DNA of 64,000 bases from an uncultured Bacteroidota bacterium (GCA_903854725.1 CAINWZ010000144.1:1212-65211), one strand, 5' to 3'. Counted from the first letter of the stretch, positions 18,538-28,726 are shown. A program made the numbers and translations. Notes: a model not told the origin generated them from the letters alone.

Positions 18538-20571
18538 TTAGGCTGGGTCTACCCAAGCATCATGTTCTTTTAAAAGCAGAATTAATTCATCTACAGCAAT
18601 AGCACTATCTATATTTCGCTTCATCACTTCTTTCCCCTTGTACAAAGTAATTTTTCCTACACCACTTCCTACATACCCAAAATCGGCATCGGCCATTTCT
18701 CCAGGCCCATTTACGATGCATCCCATGATGGCAATTTTTAAACCTTTCAAATGACTGGTTACACTTCTAATTTTAGCAGTAGTTTCTTGTAATTCAAATA
18801 AAGTTCTGCCGCAACTTGGACAAGATATATATTCTGTTTTAGAGATTCTTGTTCGAGTAGCTTGCAAGATGCCAAAAGCAGTAGCATTTAAAAATTGTTC
18901 TACCGAATTATTGCTAAAATAGTTTCTGCCTGAAACTTTTCCTACTTCTTGTTCATTATCCGATTCAATGACACTATCCGATGCCTCTGCCATTTTTCCC
19001 TTCACCCCAATACAAATGCCGTCTCCAAATCCATCTAATAAAAGCGCACCTGTTTCGGTTGCAAAATGTATTAAGTGCTCGTCTGTACTAGCCCAAGCGC
19101 TATCGGTCATTAAAATAACAGGGGATTGAATTTTTAATTCCATCATGCGAACCATCATTCTTCTAACAGCAGGCATCGCATGAGATAAAGTACTACTTAA
19201 GCAAAAAACTACTGTTTTATCTTTTGCAATGGCAAGTAATTGATCATCTCTAACACCATTTTTACTTCCATAGCAATCTACAGTTACGAAATTAATAATA
19301 TCGCTTTTGCGGGCTGCTTGAAAATAAGTTTTAAAATCAAATAAAGGCAAATACTTGTTGGTATCTGTTGCAGTTTCCCAAAGGGGAAGTGTTGTTATCA
19401 CACGTAAAGTACCCGGTAAATCAAAAGATAATAATTCATTCGGGCTATAAATAAAATCAGCAGCTGCATCCGTAATTGTCCACTTATCAGTTACCTCATC
19501 ATATATATATCCAATAGCTGTTAATTGAGCAGGCAAGATTTCTTTCTTAAATTTAAAATTGGCTATCACCACAGGAACCGACTTGCTTCCTATCGTTGTT
19601 ACTTGTAAAGTTTCTCTTCTTTTATATTCAAAAGGACTATACGTTAGGTTTGTATTGAAAGGAATTAAATCAGCCCCTTTCATTCTATTGGCTGGATAAC
19701 GTTTTACTAAATCCTTACAAACGGGTATTTCTAATTCGGGATCTTCTGTTAAACTTACTCTAATGGTATCTCCAATGCCATCTTCTAATAAGGTACCAAT
19801 ACCAATAGCACTCTTAATACGGCCGTCTTCTCCATCACCTGCTTCTGTTACGCCTAAATGCAATGGATAACATTCGTTAAATTCATTTTGCATTTGTTGT
19901 ATGAGTAATCGATACGCTTGCACCATCACTTGCGGATTACTTGATTTCATGCTTAATATAATCTGATGGTAGTCCAAGCTCCTAGCTATACGCAAAAACT
20001 CCATTGCACTTTCTACCATACCAATGGCTGTATCACCATATCTGCTCATGATACGATCGCTTAAGGATCCATGATTAGTGCCAATACGCATAGCAGTACC
20101 ATGCTCTTTGCAAATAAGTACTAAGGGTGTAAATCTTTCACGTATACGTTCTATTTCTTCAAGGTATTCTTGATCTGTATATTCAATTTGTTCAAACTTT
20201 TTTTTGTCCACATAATTACCTGGATTCACTCTTACTTTTTCTACAATCGTTGCTGCAATTTCTGCAGCATTGGGGGTAAAATGTATATCTGCTACTAATG
20301 GCGTTTCATATCCTTGTGCCCTTAATGCTTTTTTGATAGCTGCTAAGTTTTCAGCTTCTGTTTTACTAGGTGCGGTAATTCTAACTAATTCTGCACCTGC
20401 TTTGATACAAAGTATTACTTGATCTACCGTTTTTTCAGTAGCTAAAGTATCGGTAGTGGTCATGGTTTGCACCCTAATAGGATGGCCTCCTCCAATGATG
20501 AGATTTCCCACTTTTACTTCACGTGTAATTAAACGATTGTAAGATGTTAGAGAATTGCAATACTGTTCCAT
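18538..20571 (-). CDS. ispG: (E)-4-hydroxy-3-methylbut-2-enyl-diphosphate synthase, long (three-domain) form
   Basis: VQTMTT, ADIHF, RVNPGN, RIGTNHGSLS, ISCPSCGRT, MGCIVNGPGE. Confidence 0.97.
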   Translation of the reverse strand: MEQYCNSLTSYNRLITREVKVGNLIIGGGHPIRVQTMTTTDTLATEKTVDQVILCIKAGAELVRITAPSKTEAENLAAIKKALRAQGYETPLVADIHFTPNAAEIAATIVEKVRVNPGNYVDKKKFEQIEYTDQEYLEEIERIRERFTPLVLICKEHGTAMRIGTNHGSLSDRIMSRYGDTAIGMVESAMEFLRIARSLDYHQIILSMKSSNPQVMVQAYRLLIQQMQNEFNECYPLHLGVTEAGDGEDGRIKSAIGIGTLLEDGIGDTIRVSLTEDPELEIPVCKDLVKRYPANRMKGADLIPFNTNLTYSPFEYKRRETLQVTTIGSKSVPVVIANFKFKKEILPAQLTAIGYIYDEVTDKWTITDAAADFIYSPNELLSFDLPGTLRVITTLPLWETATDTNKYLPLFDFKTYFQAARKSDIINFVTVDCYGSKNGVRDDQLLAIAKDKTVVFCLSSTLSHAMPAVRRMMVRMMELKIQSPVILMTDSAWASTDEHLIHFATETGALLLDGFGDGICIGVKGKMAEASDSVIESDNEQEVGKVSGRNYFSNNSVEQFLNATAFGILQATRTRISKTEYISCPSCGRTLFELQETTAKIRSVTSHLKGLKIAIMGCIVNGPGEMADADFGYVGSGVGKITLYKGKEVMKRNIDSAIAVDELILLLKEHDAWVDPA

Positions 20572-20666
20572 AATTAACTTTGGTAAAGATAATTATTTAA
20601 TTGAAGTAATGCCAAATTTAAGCTGAAAGGGCTAATTAGGGGAAGCTGGTCGCTATTCTAATACGC

Positions 20667-21398
20667 TTATCTAAGTCCTTTTAAGAACCCCTGTTGTAGT
20701 AGTATCCTTTTTGCCAATGAGACTGGGTCATTATTAGCTACGGCAGTTTTCGCAGTAGTATGTAATACAAAAAAGTAAATATGCGTATTTTCTTCCTCAT
20801 AACCTATTACCCATGCGTTATGGGTGGCTGAATCGGTGGCAGTTATATAAGATAATTTGTAATTGCTATTTTCTTCTTTTAAAAGCATCTTATTGAAAAT
20901 ATCCTGAGATCTTTTTTGATAGGGTAAATCTTTAAAGAATGCTTTTTTAATAAGCCCCAGTTGTTCGTCTGCAGTAATTTGTAAAGAATTATCTTTCCAA
21001 AATTGATCCAAATTAGCACTCACAACTCCTTTGCCATAATGGAGGGAATCAATACTTTTTAAAATTTCCTGTCTACCAATTTGATTTAATATGTTTTGAT
21101 AATAGGCAGTGGAATCCATGGAAACCCAAGTGGCTTGATGATGATTAATGATACCCTTATCTAAAGCAATTAAAGTGGGGATAATAAAAAAAGTACTTAA
21201 AGGCGATGAAGCCGTGTCTTTATAGTGAGATAAATTAGCAATTGTAAATTTACCAGAACCATTTTCCAATAAAGCAAAACTACCCACTACGCCAGCACTA
21301 TCCATAATTTTAACAATAGAATTGTCAATGGTTACATTGTTAGGAGAACAAGCAAATAAGGTGGCCAACAAAAGTATAGCAACTAAATATTTTTTCAT
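20667..21398 (-). CDS. Class D beta-lactamase (OXA)-like lipoprotein, catalytically degenerate
   Basis: Lipobox LFAC; OXA-like scaffold (FWKDNSLQITADEQL, WVIGYEEEN, YFFVL), but STFK reads STFF, SxV reads DST and KTG reads ITA. Start placed at MKKYL (21398). Confidence 0.75.
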   Translation of the reverse strand: MKKYLVAILLLATLFACSPNNVTIDNSIVKIMDSAGVVGSFALLENGSGKFTIANLSHYKDTASSPLSTFFIIPTLIALDKGIINHHQATWVSMDSTAYYQNILNQIGRQEILKSIDSLHYGKGVVSANLDQFWKDNSLQITADEQLGLIKKAFFKDLPYQKRSQDIFNKMLLKEENSNYKLSYITATDSATHNAWVIGYEEENTHIYFFVLHTTAKTAVANNDPVSLAKRILLQQGFLKGLR

Positions 21399-21482
21399 AG
21401 GATGCATATTAATCTTAAAAAGAAGAAAACCCTTTTATTCATCTAAACATTTTACACTTCAACAAATCACCATTAAATTATA

Positions 21483-21525
21483 AATAGGGACTTCGGTAGT
21501 ATAAAATTACGACCTAGTCCCTATT
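21483..21525. terminator. Long stem-loop downstream of the FKBP gene
   Basis: AATAGGGACT (21483-92) pairs with AGTCCCTATT (21516-25), with a partly paired interior; weak U-tail. Confidence 0.55.
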
Positions 21526-21543
21526 ATAAAAAATGTGAAAAGC

Positions 21544-22290
21544 TTATTCTATTCCTAACAACTCTACTTCAAATATCAAAGTACTTCCAGGTCCAATAGC
21601 TGGTCCCGCTTGACGATCGCCATAACCTAATTCAGCTGGGATAAACAATCTCCATTTACTACCCACTGTCATTAATTGTAAAGCTTCTTGCCAACCCTTA
21701 ATAACACCATTTAATGGGAATGTGATAGGCTCTCCTCTTTGAACAGAACTGTCAAAAACAGTACCATCCACTAAAGTGCCATGATAATGACATTTCACTT
21801 TATTACTTAAAGTTGGTTTAGTGGTTTCTTTGCCAGCCACTAAAATTTCATACTGCAACCCATTAGGTAGGGTTACGATTCCTGGTTTTTTAGCATTATT
21901 TGCTAAAAATTGTTGGCCTGCTAATTTGTTAGCGGCTGATTTTTCTGCACTCATTGTTTCTTGATATGTTTTAATACAATTATCTAATATACTATCTATT
22001 ATGATAGACTTCCCTTCGAATCCTGCCAATAATCCTTTATTGAATACGGCAAGGTTAATTTTTTGTAGCCCTTGTCCATTAAGACTTTGAGCGATTCTAT
22101 ACCCTAAAGCATAAGAAGCACTGTCTTTGCTATTTTTAATAGTTAAAGGAGGCGTAACGCTCATGGTTAATTTAGCATTGCCCACTTTCACTGGTTTTGT
22201 GGCTGTTGCAGGCTTTGTAGTTGTTTGTGCTTGCGCCATCGCAAAAGAGCTTGCTAAAACTACATTCAAAATAAATAATGTTTTTTTCAT
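21544..22290 (-). CDS. FKBP-type peptidyl-prolyl isomerase with FKBP_N domain
   Basis: Signal peptide, DSASYALG, LPNGLQYE, CHYHGTLVDGTVFDSS, VIKGWQEAL, LIFEVELL. Confidence 0.95.
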   Translation of the reverse strand: MKKTLFILNVVLASSFAMAQAQTTTKPATATKPVKVGNAKLTMSVTPPLTIKNSKDSASYALGYRIAQSLNGQGLQKINLAVFNKGLLAGFEGKSIIIDSILDNCIKTYQETMSAEKSAANKLAGQQFLANNAKKPGIVTLPNGLQYEILVAGKETTKPTLSNKVKCHYHGTLVDGTVFDSSVQRGEPITFPLNGVIKGWQEALQLMTVGSKWRLFIPAELGYGDRQAGPAIGPGSTLIFEVELLGIE

Positions 22291-22317
22291 AGTATGTATT
22301 TTTCTTCTTTAGAGGTT

Positions 22318-22325
22318 CAAAAGTA
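22318..22325 (-). promoter_or_regulatory. -7 box TACTTTTG for the FKBP gene
   Basis: CAAAAGTA on the + strand, 27 nt upstream of the ATG. Confidence 0.6.
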
Positions 22326-22348
22326 CAGTTAGGATTTCAATTTTTAGC

Positions 22349-23686
22349 TTAAAGTTTCAATAATTGTTTAATTTGTTGCTCTACTTTAACAATTTCCATA
22401 GAAGCCATCACTTTTTGCATACTTGCCGCTATTTGAGTGGTGCAAAGATTACCAATACTGCCCTCATGTGTATGCTTGATTTGAGTAGAATAGGTGAATT
22501 TACCCGCTTCGATATCCAAACCTACTTGTTTATAAGCATCTCTAAATGGCATTCCCCCAGCAACTAATTTATTTACTTCCTCCACACTAAACAAATATTG
22601 GTATTTAGGATCTTCCAATAAATCTTTTTTCACTTCCATATGCTGTATCATTAAAGAAGCCATTTCGATGCAATTTTTTAATTGTGTGAAAGCGGGAAAT
22701 AAATGCTCTTTCAATAATTGTAAATCACGATGATAGCCTGAAGGCAAATTAGTGGTCATCATCATTATTTCATTCGGCAAGGCTTTAATTCTATTGCAAT
22801 AAGATCTTATTAATTCAAAAACATCTGGATTTTTTTTATGTGGCATGATGCTCGAACCCGTAGTTAATTCATCAGGGAATTGAATGAAGGCAAAGTTTTG
22901 ATTCATAAATAAGCAAGCGTCCATACTTAATTTTGATAGCGTATCTGCAATATTGGCTAATGCCATAGCAGTCACACGCTCCGCTTTACCACGACCCATT
23001 TGTGCATACACCACATTATAATTTAATGCATCAAAGCCTAAAAGTTCGGTAGTTCTTTTTCTATTAATAGGAAAAGAAGATCCATAACCAGCTGCCGACC
23101 CTAAAGGGTTTTTATTAACAATAGTATAAGCAGCTTGTACCATCGTCATATCATCTACCAAACTTTCTGCATAAGCGCCCAACCACAAGCCAAAAGAAGA
23201 AGGCATGGCTAATTGCAAATGCGTATAGCCAGGGAGCAAATCATTTTTATGTGCCTCACTTTTTTCTTGTAACAAAGTAAAAAATGTTTGTATTGCATTA
23301 CTCATGCTAATTAATTCAGCACGTAGAAATAATTTTATGTCCACTAAAACCTGATCGTTTCTGCTTCTTGCACTATGAATTTTTTTGCCAATATCTCCTA
23401 GGCTTTCCGTTAACATCATTTCTACTTGCGAATGAATGTCTTCCACACCAGAATCTAATGTAAAAGCTCCTGCCTGTATTTTTTGATAGATGTCAACTAA
23501 TGCTTTTTTTAGTTTTGTTTGCTCGATGGCCGTTAATAAGCCAACCTCCGATAACATAGTAGTATGCGCGATAGAACCCAATACATCATAGGCCGCCAAA
23601 TATTGATCCATGGCTTGATCATTTCCAATGGTAAATTTCTCCACCAGTGCTGATACTTTATTATTTTTTTGCCAGAGCTTGTTCAT
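22349..23686 (-). CDS. argH: Argininosuccinate lyase
   Basis: HSARSRNDQ, PGYTHLQ, GSSIMPHKKNPD. Confidence 0.97.
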   Translation of the reverse strand: MNKLWQKNNKVSALVEKFTIGNDQAMDQYLAAYDVLGSIAHTTMLSEVGLLTAIEQTKLKKALVDIYQKIQAGAFTLDSGVEDIHSQVEMMLTESLGDIGKKIHSARSRNDQVLVDIKLFLRAELISMSNAIQTFFTLLQEKSEAHKNDLLPGYTHLQLAMPSSFGLWLGAYAESLVDDMTMVQAAYTIVNKNPLGSAAGYGSSFPINRKRTTELLGFDALNYNVVYAQMGRGKAERVTAMALANIADTLSKLSMDACLFMNQNFAFIQFPDELTTGSSIMPHKKNPDVFELIRSYCNRIKALPNEIMMMTTNLPSGYHRDLQLLKEHLFPAFTQLKNCIEMASLMIQHMEVKKDLLEDPKYQYLFSVEEVNKLVAGGMPFRDAYKQVGLDIEAGKFTYSTQIKHTHEGSIGNLCTTQIAASMQKVMASMEIVKVEQQIKQLLKL

Positions 23687-23688
23687 AA

Positions 23689-24783
23689 TTACACTATTTT
23701 TTCAAGTAATTGTATATAAGTTACTATTCCTTCTTCTATTTCTTTACTATATATAAACTCATCTGCAGTATGGCTTCTAGCAGAGTCGCCAGGCCCCATT
23801 TTCAAAGTAGGAAATGGCATTAATGCTTTGTCTGAAGTGGTAACCGACCCATAATAGCCTTTACCCAAATCAGTGCCTGCTTTCACTAATACGTGGTCGA
23901 GTTCAATACTTGTCGAACGCAATCTAAGGCTTCTTGGGGTTACTGTTGATTGCACATTTTCTTTGATGGTAGTTAATACTTCTTCAAAACTATACAATTC
24001 ATTTACCCTAACATCTACAACCATTTTGCAAGTAGAGGGAACTACATTGTGTTGTTTATTATCTGTCTCTATGACGGTGGCCGTCATTTTTACCTTTCCT
24101 AATAAGTTGGATACTTTTTCAAATTGATGGTTTTGAAACCAATGTAAGTCAGGTAATATTTTATATAAAGCATTCTCGCCTTCTTCTCTGGCAGCGTGCC
24201 CTGCTTTACCAGTACTAACTACATCTAAAACTAATAAACCTCTTTCCGCAATGGCCATTTCCATTTTAGTAGGCTCTCCTACGATTCCAAAATTAATTAC
24301 AGGTAATTCAGGTAAGACTAATTCTATACCATCATGGCCAGAAATTTCTTCTTCGGCAGAAGCCACAAATACAATATTGTGAGCTAGAGTAGGGATTGCA
24401 TAAAAGTGTAAAAAGCAAGCCAATAAGCTTACTAAACATCCGCCTGCATCATTACTACCCAATCCATAAACTTTACCCTCTTGTTCAATTGGATTAAACG
24501 GATCTACTGTATATCCTTTATTAGGTCTTACTGTATCATGATGCGAATTCAATAAGATAGTAGGTTTAGTAGTGTCAAAATGTAAATTGGTTGCCCAAAT
24601 ATTATTTTTTACTTTTTTAGTAGCAATATTTCTGTCGGTAAAAAATTGCACTAGCACTTGTGCAGTTTTATCTTCTTCTTTACTAAAAGAAGGAATAGCG
24701 ATTAATGTTTTTAATAAATCAAGCGCGTCTTTTTGTAAGACACTTATAGTATTATTGTTTTGTATATTATTTGTTTGTGACAT
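23689..24783 (-). CDS. argE: M20 family N-acyl-ornithine/citrulline deacylase (ArgE-like)
   Basis: NSHHDTV, GSNDAGG, AEEE, GEPT, HTADE zinc ligands; located in the arg operon. Confidence 0.85.
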   Translation of the reverse strand: MSQTNNIQNNNTISVLQKDALDLLKTLIAIPSFSKEEDKTAQVLVQFFTDRNIATKKVKNNIWATNLHFDTTKPTILLNSHHDTVRPNKGYTVDPFNPIEQEGKVYGLGSNDAGGCLVSLLACFLHFYAIPTLAHNIVFVASAEEEISGHDGIELVLPELPVINFGIVGEPTKMEMAIAERGLLVLDVVSTGKAGHAAREEGENALYKILPDLHWFQNHQFEKVSNLLGKVKMTATVIETDNKQHNVVPSTCKMVVDVRVNELYSFEEVLTTIKENVQSTVTPRSLRLRSTSIELDHVLVKAGTDLGKGYYGSVTTSDKALMPFPTLKMGPGDSARSHTADEFIYSKEIEEGIVTYIQLLEKIV

Positions 24784-25565
24784 TAGTGGGTGATTGTGGT
24801 ACCTGCAGTACCATTAATTAATTCATTCATTTTTTCGGCCTTCCCAATGATGACTGATTGTACACCATTGTCAAGCGCCAAATACGCGTTGTCAATTTTA
24901 GGAATCATACCTTCAAATATGACTTTTTGATTTTTTAGTGTACCGTATAACGGTCGATCTAAACGCAAAATAACTGAACTAGGATCATTCACATCCTTCA
25001 GTACGCCTTCTTTTTCAAAACCATAAATTAAATGCACAGCATACTTTGCAGACAATGCAGTGGCCAAACTTTGTGCAATAGTGTCTGCATTGGTATTCAA
25101 CAATTGCCCTTTCCCGTCATGGGTAATGGGCGCCACTACTAATTTTGTATTAGCAGAAAGCAATTGTATCAGCAAATCGGTATTCACAGAATCAATATCC
25201 CCTACCCATCCATAATCAATGGCGGTATTCGTTCTTTTATGTGCTTGAATTAAATTACCATCTACCCCAGATAAACCCATCGCATTAACTCCTAATGCAT
25301 GTAACTGTGCAACTATATTTTTATTGATATAGCCCGCATATACCATGGTTACAATTTTTAAAGTAGCCTCATCTGTTACACGCCTTCCTTCTATCATGGT
25401 TTGTGGAACACCCATTGAATCTGCCATATTGGTGGCCAATTTTCCGCCACCATGCACTAAAATAGCATGGCCCTTTACTTTCGCAAAAGATTGCAAGCAA
25501 GTTGATAACAATGCTGGATTGTCTACAATATTGCCTCCTATTTTAATAATATACAATGATTCCAT
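24783..25565 (-). CDS. argB: Acetylglutamate (N-acyl-glutamate) kinase
   Basis: IKIGGN, VHGGG, GRRVTD, LLNTNADT, GMIPKIDNA; TAATG coupling to argE. Confidence 0.95.
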   Translation of the reverse strand: MESLYIIKIGGNIVDNPALLSTCLQSFAKVKGHAILVHGGGKLATNMADSMGVPQTMIEGRRVTDEATLKIVTMVYAGYINKNIVAQLHALGVNAMGLSGVDGNLIQAHKRTNTAIDYGWVGDIDSVNTDLLIQLLSANTKLVVAPITHDGKGQLLNTNADTIAQSLATALSAKYAVHLIYGFEKEGVLKDVNDPSSVILRLDRPLYGTLKNQKVIFEGMIPKIDNAYLALDNGVQSVIIGKAEKMNELINGTAGTTITH

Positions 25566-25596
25566 GACTTATTGAATGAACTCTTTTTATTTTTAA

Positions 25597-26571
25597 TTAA
25601 ATATTTATTGCTTTTAATATTTCTGCTAAAACAGCTTGTGCTGCCCATACTCTATTAGAAGCTTCTTTGGTCACTAAACTATTAGGGCCATCCAAAATTT
25701 CGTCACTTAATTCAACATTTCTTCTAACAGGCAAGCAGTGCATGAGTTTTGCATTATTAGTAAGCGCTAATTTTTGATTGTTCATCATCCAATGCGCATC
25801 GCTGCATAACACTTTCCCATATTGCTCATAACTACTCCAATTTTTTACATACACAAAGTCGGCGTCTTTCAAAGCAGCTTCTTGATTATGTGTAATAGTT
25901 GCCCCCTTGGTGTAGTCAGTAGCAAGTTCATACCCCGCTGGGTGTGTAATAACAAAATCTGCTTCTCCCCAAGCACCCATCCATTCACTAAAACTATTTG
26001 CAACACATTGAGGAATAGGTTTTATATGTGGCGCCCAGGTTAAAACAATTTTTGGTTTTTTATTTTTGAAAATGTCATTAACAGCCATTGACTCTTGGAT
26101 GGTTATGATATCTGTTAATGATTGTAGCGGATGCAGGGTTGCGCTCTCTAAGCTTACTACCGGAATGCCTGCATATTGTATAAATTGTGAAATAATTTTT
26201 TCACTATAATCCGCTTCTTTATCTAGTAAACTAGGAAAAGTACGAATACATAAAATGTCAAAATAATTACCAAATACAGGGGCTGCATCTTTAATATGTT
26301 CTACCGTACTTCCATTCATGATGGCCCCTTCGGCAAATTCTAAGGCCCAGCCTTCTTTATCTATATTGAAAACAATGGGCTCCATGCCTAAATTTTGAGC
26401 TGCCACTTGTGTACTTAATCTTGTTCTTAAGCTTGGATTTAAAAAAAGTAAACCAATACGTTTGTCTGCACCTAATTTTTTATCACTAAAAGGTAATTTT
26501 TTATACACCAAGGCTTTGGCTACTAAAGCATTAATATCATGCACATCTTTAACAGAAATAAATTGCTTCAT
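25597..26571 (-). CDS. argF: N-acyl-ornithine carbamoyltransferase (ArgF'), predicted N-succinylornithine-specific
   Basis: FLNPSLRTR, HPLQ, TWAPH, KNWS and HCLPVRRN of the AOTCase/SOTCase family; Val at the specificity position (NGSTVEH). Confidence 0.88.
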   Translation of the reverse strand: MKQFISVKDVHDINALVAKALVYKKLPFSDKKLGADKRIGLLFLNPSLRTRLSTQVAAQNLGMEPIVFNIDKEGWALEFAEGAIMNGSTVEHIKDAAPVFGNYFDILCIRTFPSLLDKEADYSEKIISQFIQYAGIPVVSLESATLHPLQSLTDIITIQESMAVNDIFKNKKPKIVLTWAPHIKPIPQCVANSFSEWMGAWGEADFVITHPAGYELATDYTKGATITHNQEAALKDADFVYVKNWSSYEQYGKVLCSDAHWMMNNQKLALTNNAKLMHCLPVRRNVELSDEILDGPNSLVTKEASNRVWAAQAVLAEILKAINI

Positions 26572-26580
26572 AGTAAAACT

Positions 26581-27732
26581 TTAAGTTGTCTTATTTGAAA
26601 TGAGGTGAATGGCATCTGATAAGCCCTTTAAAAATAAATCAATATCTGATGAAGTAATAGTTAAAGCCGGTAACAAACGTATCACATTAGGCTTTGCTTC
26701 ACCTGTAAATATTTTAAAATTTTCTAGTAACACTTTTCTTAGGTCTGCAAATGCAGGTTCCATTTCAAAACCAATCATTAACCCTTTTCCTCTTACTGCC
26801 TTCACTCCTTTTATATTTTGCAAAGCTTCCATTAATGTTTTCCCTTTTTGAGCGGCAGCCTCCATTAAATTTTCTTTTTCCATTACTTCAATTACGGCCA
26901 ATGCTGCTGCACAAGCCAATGGATTACCACCGAATGTGGTACCTAATAAACCAAATTTTGCTTTAATATGCGGTGCAATTAAAATGCCGCCAATAGGAAA
27001 TCCATTGCCCATTCCTTTTGCCATTGAATAAATATCGGCATGCACGCCTGCAAAATCATGTGAGAAAAATTTACCCGAACGGCCATAACCGCATTGAACA
27101 CTATCTGCAATATAGACTGCCCCGTATTGATCACATTGTTGACGAATGGCTTGTAAAAAAACATTGCTTGCCTCATAAATACCAGCAACACCTTGAATGC
27201 CCTCAATAATGACAGCTGCAATTGTATTTGCATTTTCAGCAAAACATTTTTCTAAAGCTGCTACATCATTGAAAGGTAAAAAAATAATATTATCTGTTTC
27301 ATTCACAGGTGCCACAATACTTGCATTGTCTGTTGCAGCCACTGCTAATGAAGTACGCCCATGAAAAGATTTTGAAAAAGCAATGATTTTTTTTCTGCCT
27401 GTATGAAAAGAAGCTAATTTTAAAGCATTCTCGTTTGCCTCGGCACCGCTATTACATAAAAATAATTCGTAGTCTGTTTTTCCACTTATTTTATTTAAAG
27501 CGGTGGCCAATTGTTCCTGAATGGGCATGATCACAGAATTGCTATAAAAGGCAATGGCATGCAATTGATCTTCGATGCGGTTTACCCAATGTGGATGCGT
27601 ATGACCAATGCTTATAACTGCATGACCGCCATACATATCTAAATACTCCATTCCTTTTTCGTCCCACACATGACTTCCCAATGCCTTTGTAATGGAAATG
27701 GGTTGTAATGGATATACTTTAAATAAAGACAT
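26581..27732 (-). CDS. argD: Acetylornithine/succinylornithine aminotransferase
   Basis: NSGAEANE, FHGRT, DSVQCGYGRSG, MAKGMGNG, TTFGGNP. Confidence 0.93.
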   Translation of the reverse strand: MSLFKVYPLQPISITKALGSHVWDEKGMEYLDMYGGHAVISIGHTHPHWVNRIEDQLHAIAFYSNSVIMPIQEQLATALNKISGKTDYELFLCNSGAEANENALKLASFHTGRKKIIAFSKSFHGRTSLAVAATDNASIVAPVNETDNIIFLPFNDVAALEKCFAENANTIAAVIIEGIQGVAGIYEASNVFLQAIRQQCDQYGAVYIADSVQCGYGRSGKFFSHDFAGVHADIYSMAKGMGNGFPIGGILIAPHIKAKFGLLGTTFGGNPLACAAALAVIEVMEKENLMEAAAQKGKTLMEALQNIKGVKAVRGKGLMIGFEMEPAFADLRKVLLENFKIFTGEAKPNVIRLLPALTITSSDIDLFLKGLSDAIHLISNKTT

Positions 27733-27742
27733 GTTGACTATT

Positions 27743-28726
27743 TTAAAAATTACTTGCTTTTAATTGAAGCCCTGCTATTTCAGGCAAGCCCATCATTAAA
27801 TTCATATTTTGTACCGCCTGACCTACTGCACCTTTTAATAAATTATCAATGGCAGTATGCACTACCATTTTATTGTCTTGTTGTTCAATATGAATTAAAC
27901 ACTTATTCGTATTCACTACTTGTTTTAAATCAATTGCATTTTTAGAAACATGCGTGAAAGGATGCCAATCATAATAATGCGTATACATTTCATATAACGC
28001 TTCCAATGTCAACTTCGTTTCAATAATAGAGCTTGCAAAAATACCTCTCGTAAAATCACCTCTCCATGGCACAAAATGTACTGCTGCTTTTTTATTGCCT
28101 TGTAATTGATGTAAACTTTGTGTTATTTCAAATAAATGTTGATGTTGTAATGTTTTGTAGGGTTGGATATTATTGGCTCTCCAACTAAAATGACTCGTAG
28201 AAGATAAACCTTGTCCCGCACCAGTAGATCCAGTGATACCAGTAGTGTAAACAGATTCCAATAATCCCTTCTCCGCCAAAGGCAATAAGCCTAATTGAAT
28301 GGCTGTTGCAAAACAACCCGGATTGGCAATATTTTGAGCAGACTGTATAGCCGCTTTGTTTAATTCTGGGAGTCCATAGATAAAATGTCTATCCCCTTGC
28401 GCTGCTGCAGCAGTCAATCTAAAATCTTGTGATAAATCTATCATTTTTATACTTGGCGCTATGGTATTTGTTTGTAAGAATTTAATAGCTTCTCCGTGTC
28501 CCACACATAAAAATAAAATATCAATATTTTGATCGATAGTATTTGTAAAAATCAATTCAGTATCTCCCACTAAATCAGTATGCACCGAACTCACTAAATT
28601 CCCTGCATTGCTAGTACTATGCACAAATGATATAGCGCTATTGGGATGGTGCAATAATACACGCAGTAATTCACCGCCTGTATAACCCGCTCCTCCTATT
28701 ATGCCAACTTTAATGAATGGTATCAT
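27743..28726 (-). CDS. argC: N-acetyl-gamma-glutamyl-phosphate reductase
   Basis: GGAGYTGGEL, ANPGCFAT, DNLLKGAVGQAVQN. Confidence 0.96.
   Translation of the reverse strand: MIPFIKVGIIGGAGYTGGELLRVLLHHPNSAISFVHSTSNAGNLVSSVHTDLVGDTELIFTNTIDQNIDILFLCVGHGEAIKFLQTNTIAPSIKMIDLSQDFRLTAAAAQGDRHFIYGLPELNKAAIQSAQNIANPGCFATAIQLGLLPLAEKGLLESVYTTGITGSTGAGQGLSSTSHFSWRANNIQPYKTLQHQHLFEITQSLHQLQGNKKAAVHFVPWRGDFTRGIFASSIIETKLTLEALYEMYTHYYDWHPFTHVSKNAIDLKQVVNTNKCLIHIEQQDNKMVVHTAIDNLLKGAVGQAVQNMNLMMGLPEIAGLQLKASNF

Noticed and set aside
20667-21407. Active blaOXA resistance gene
   Set aside because: The catalytic Lys of SxxK and the KTG Lys are absent, with an internal deletion.
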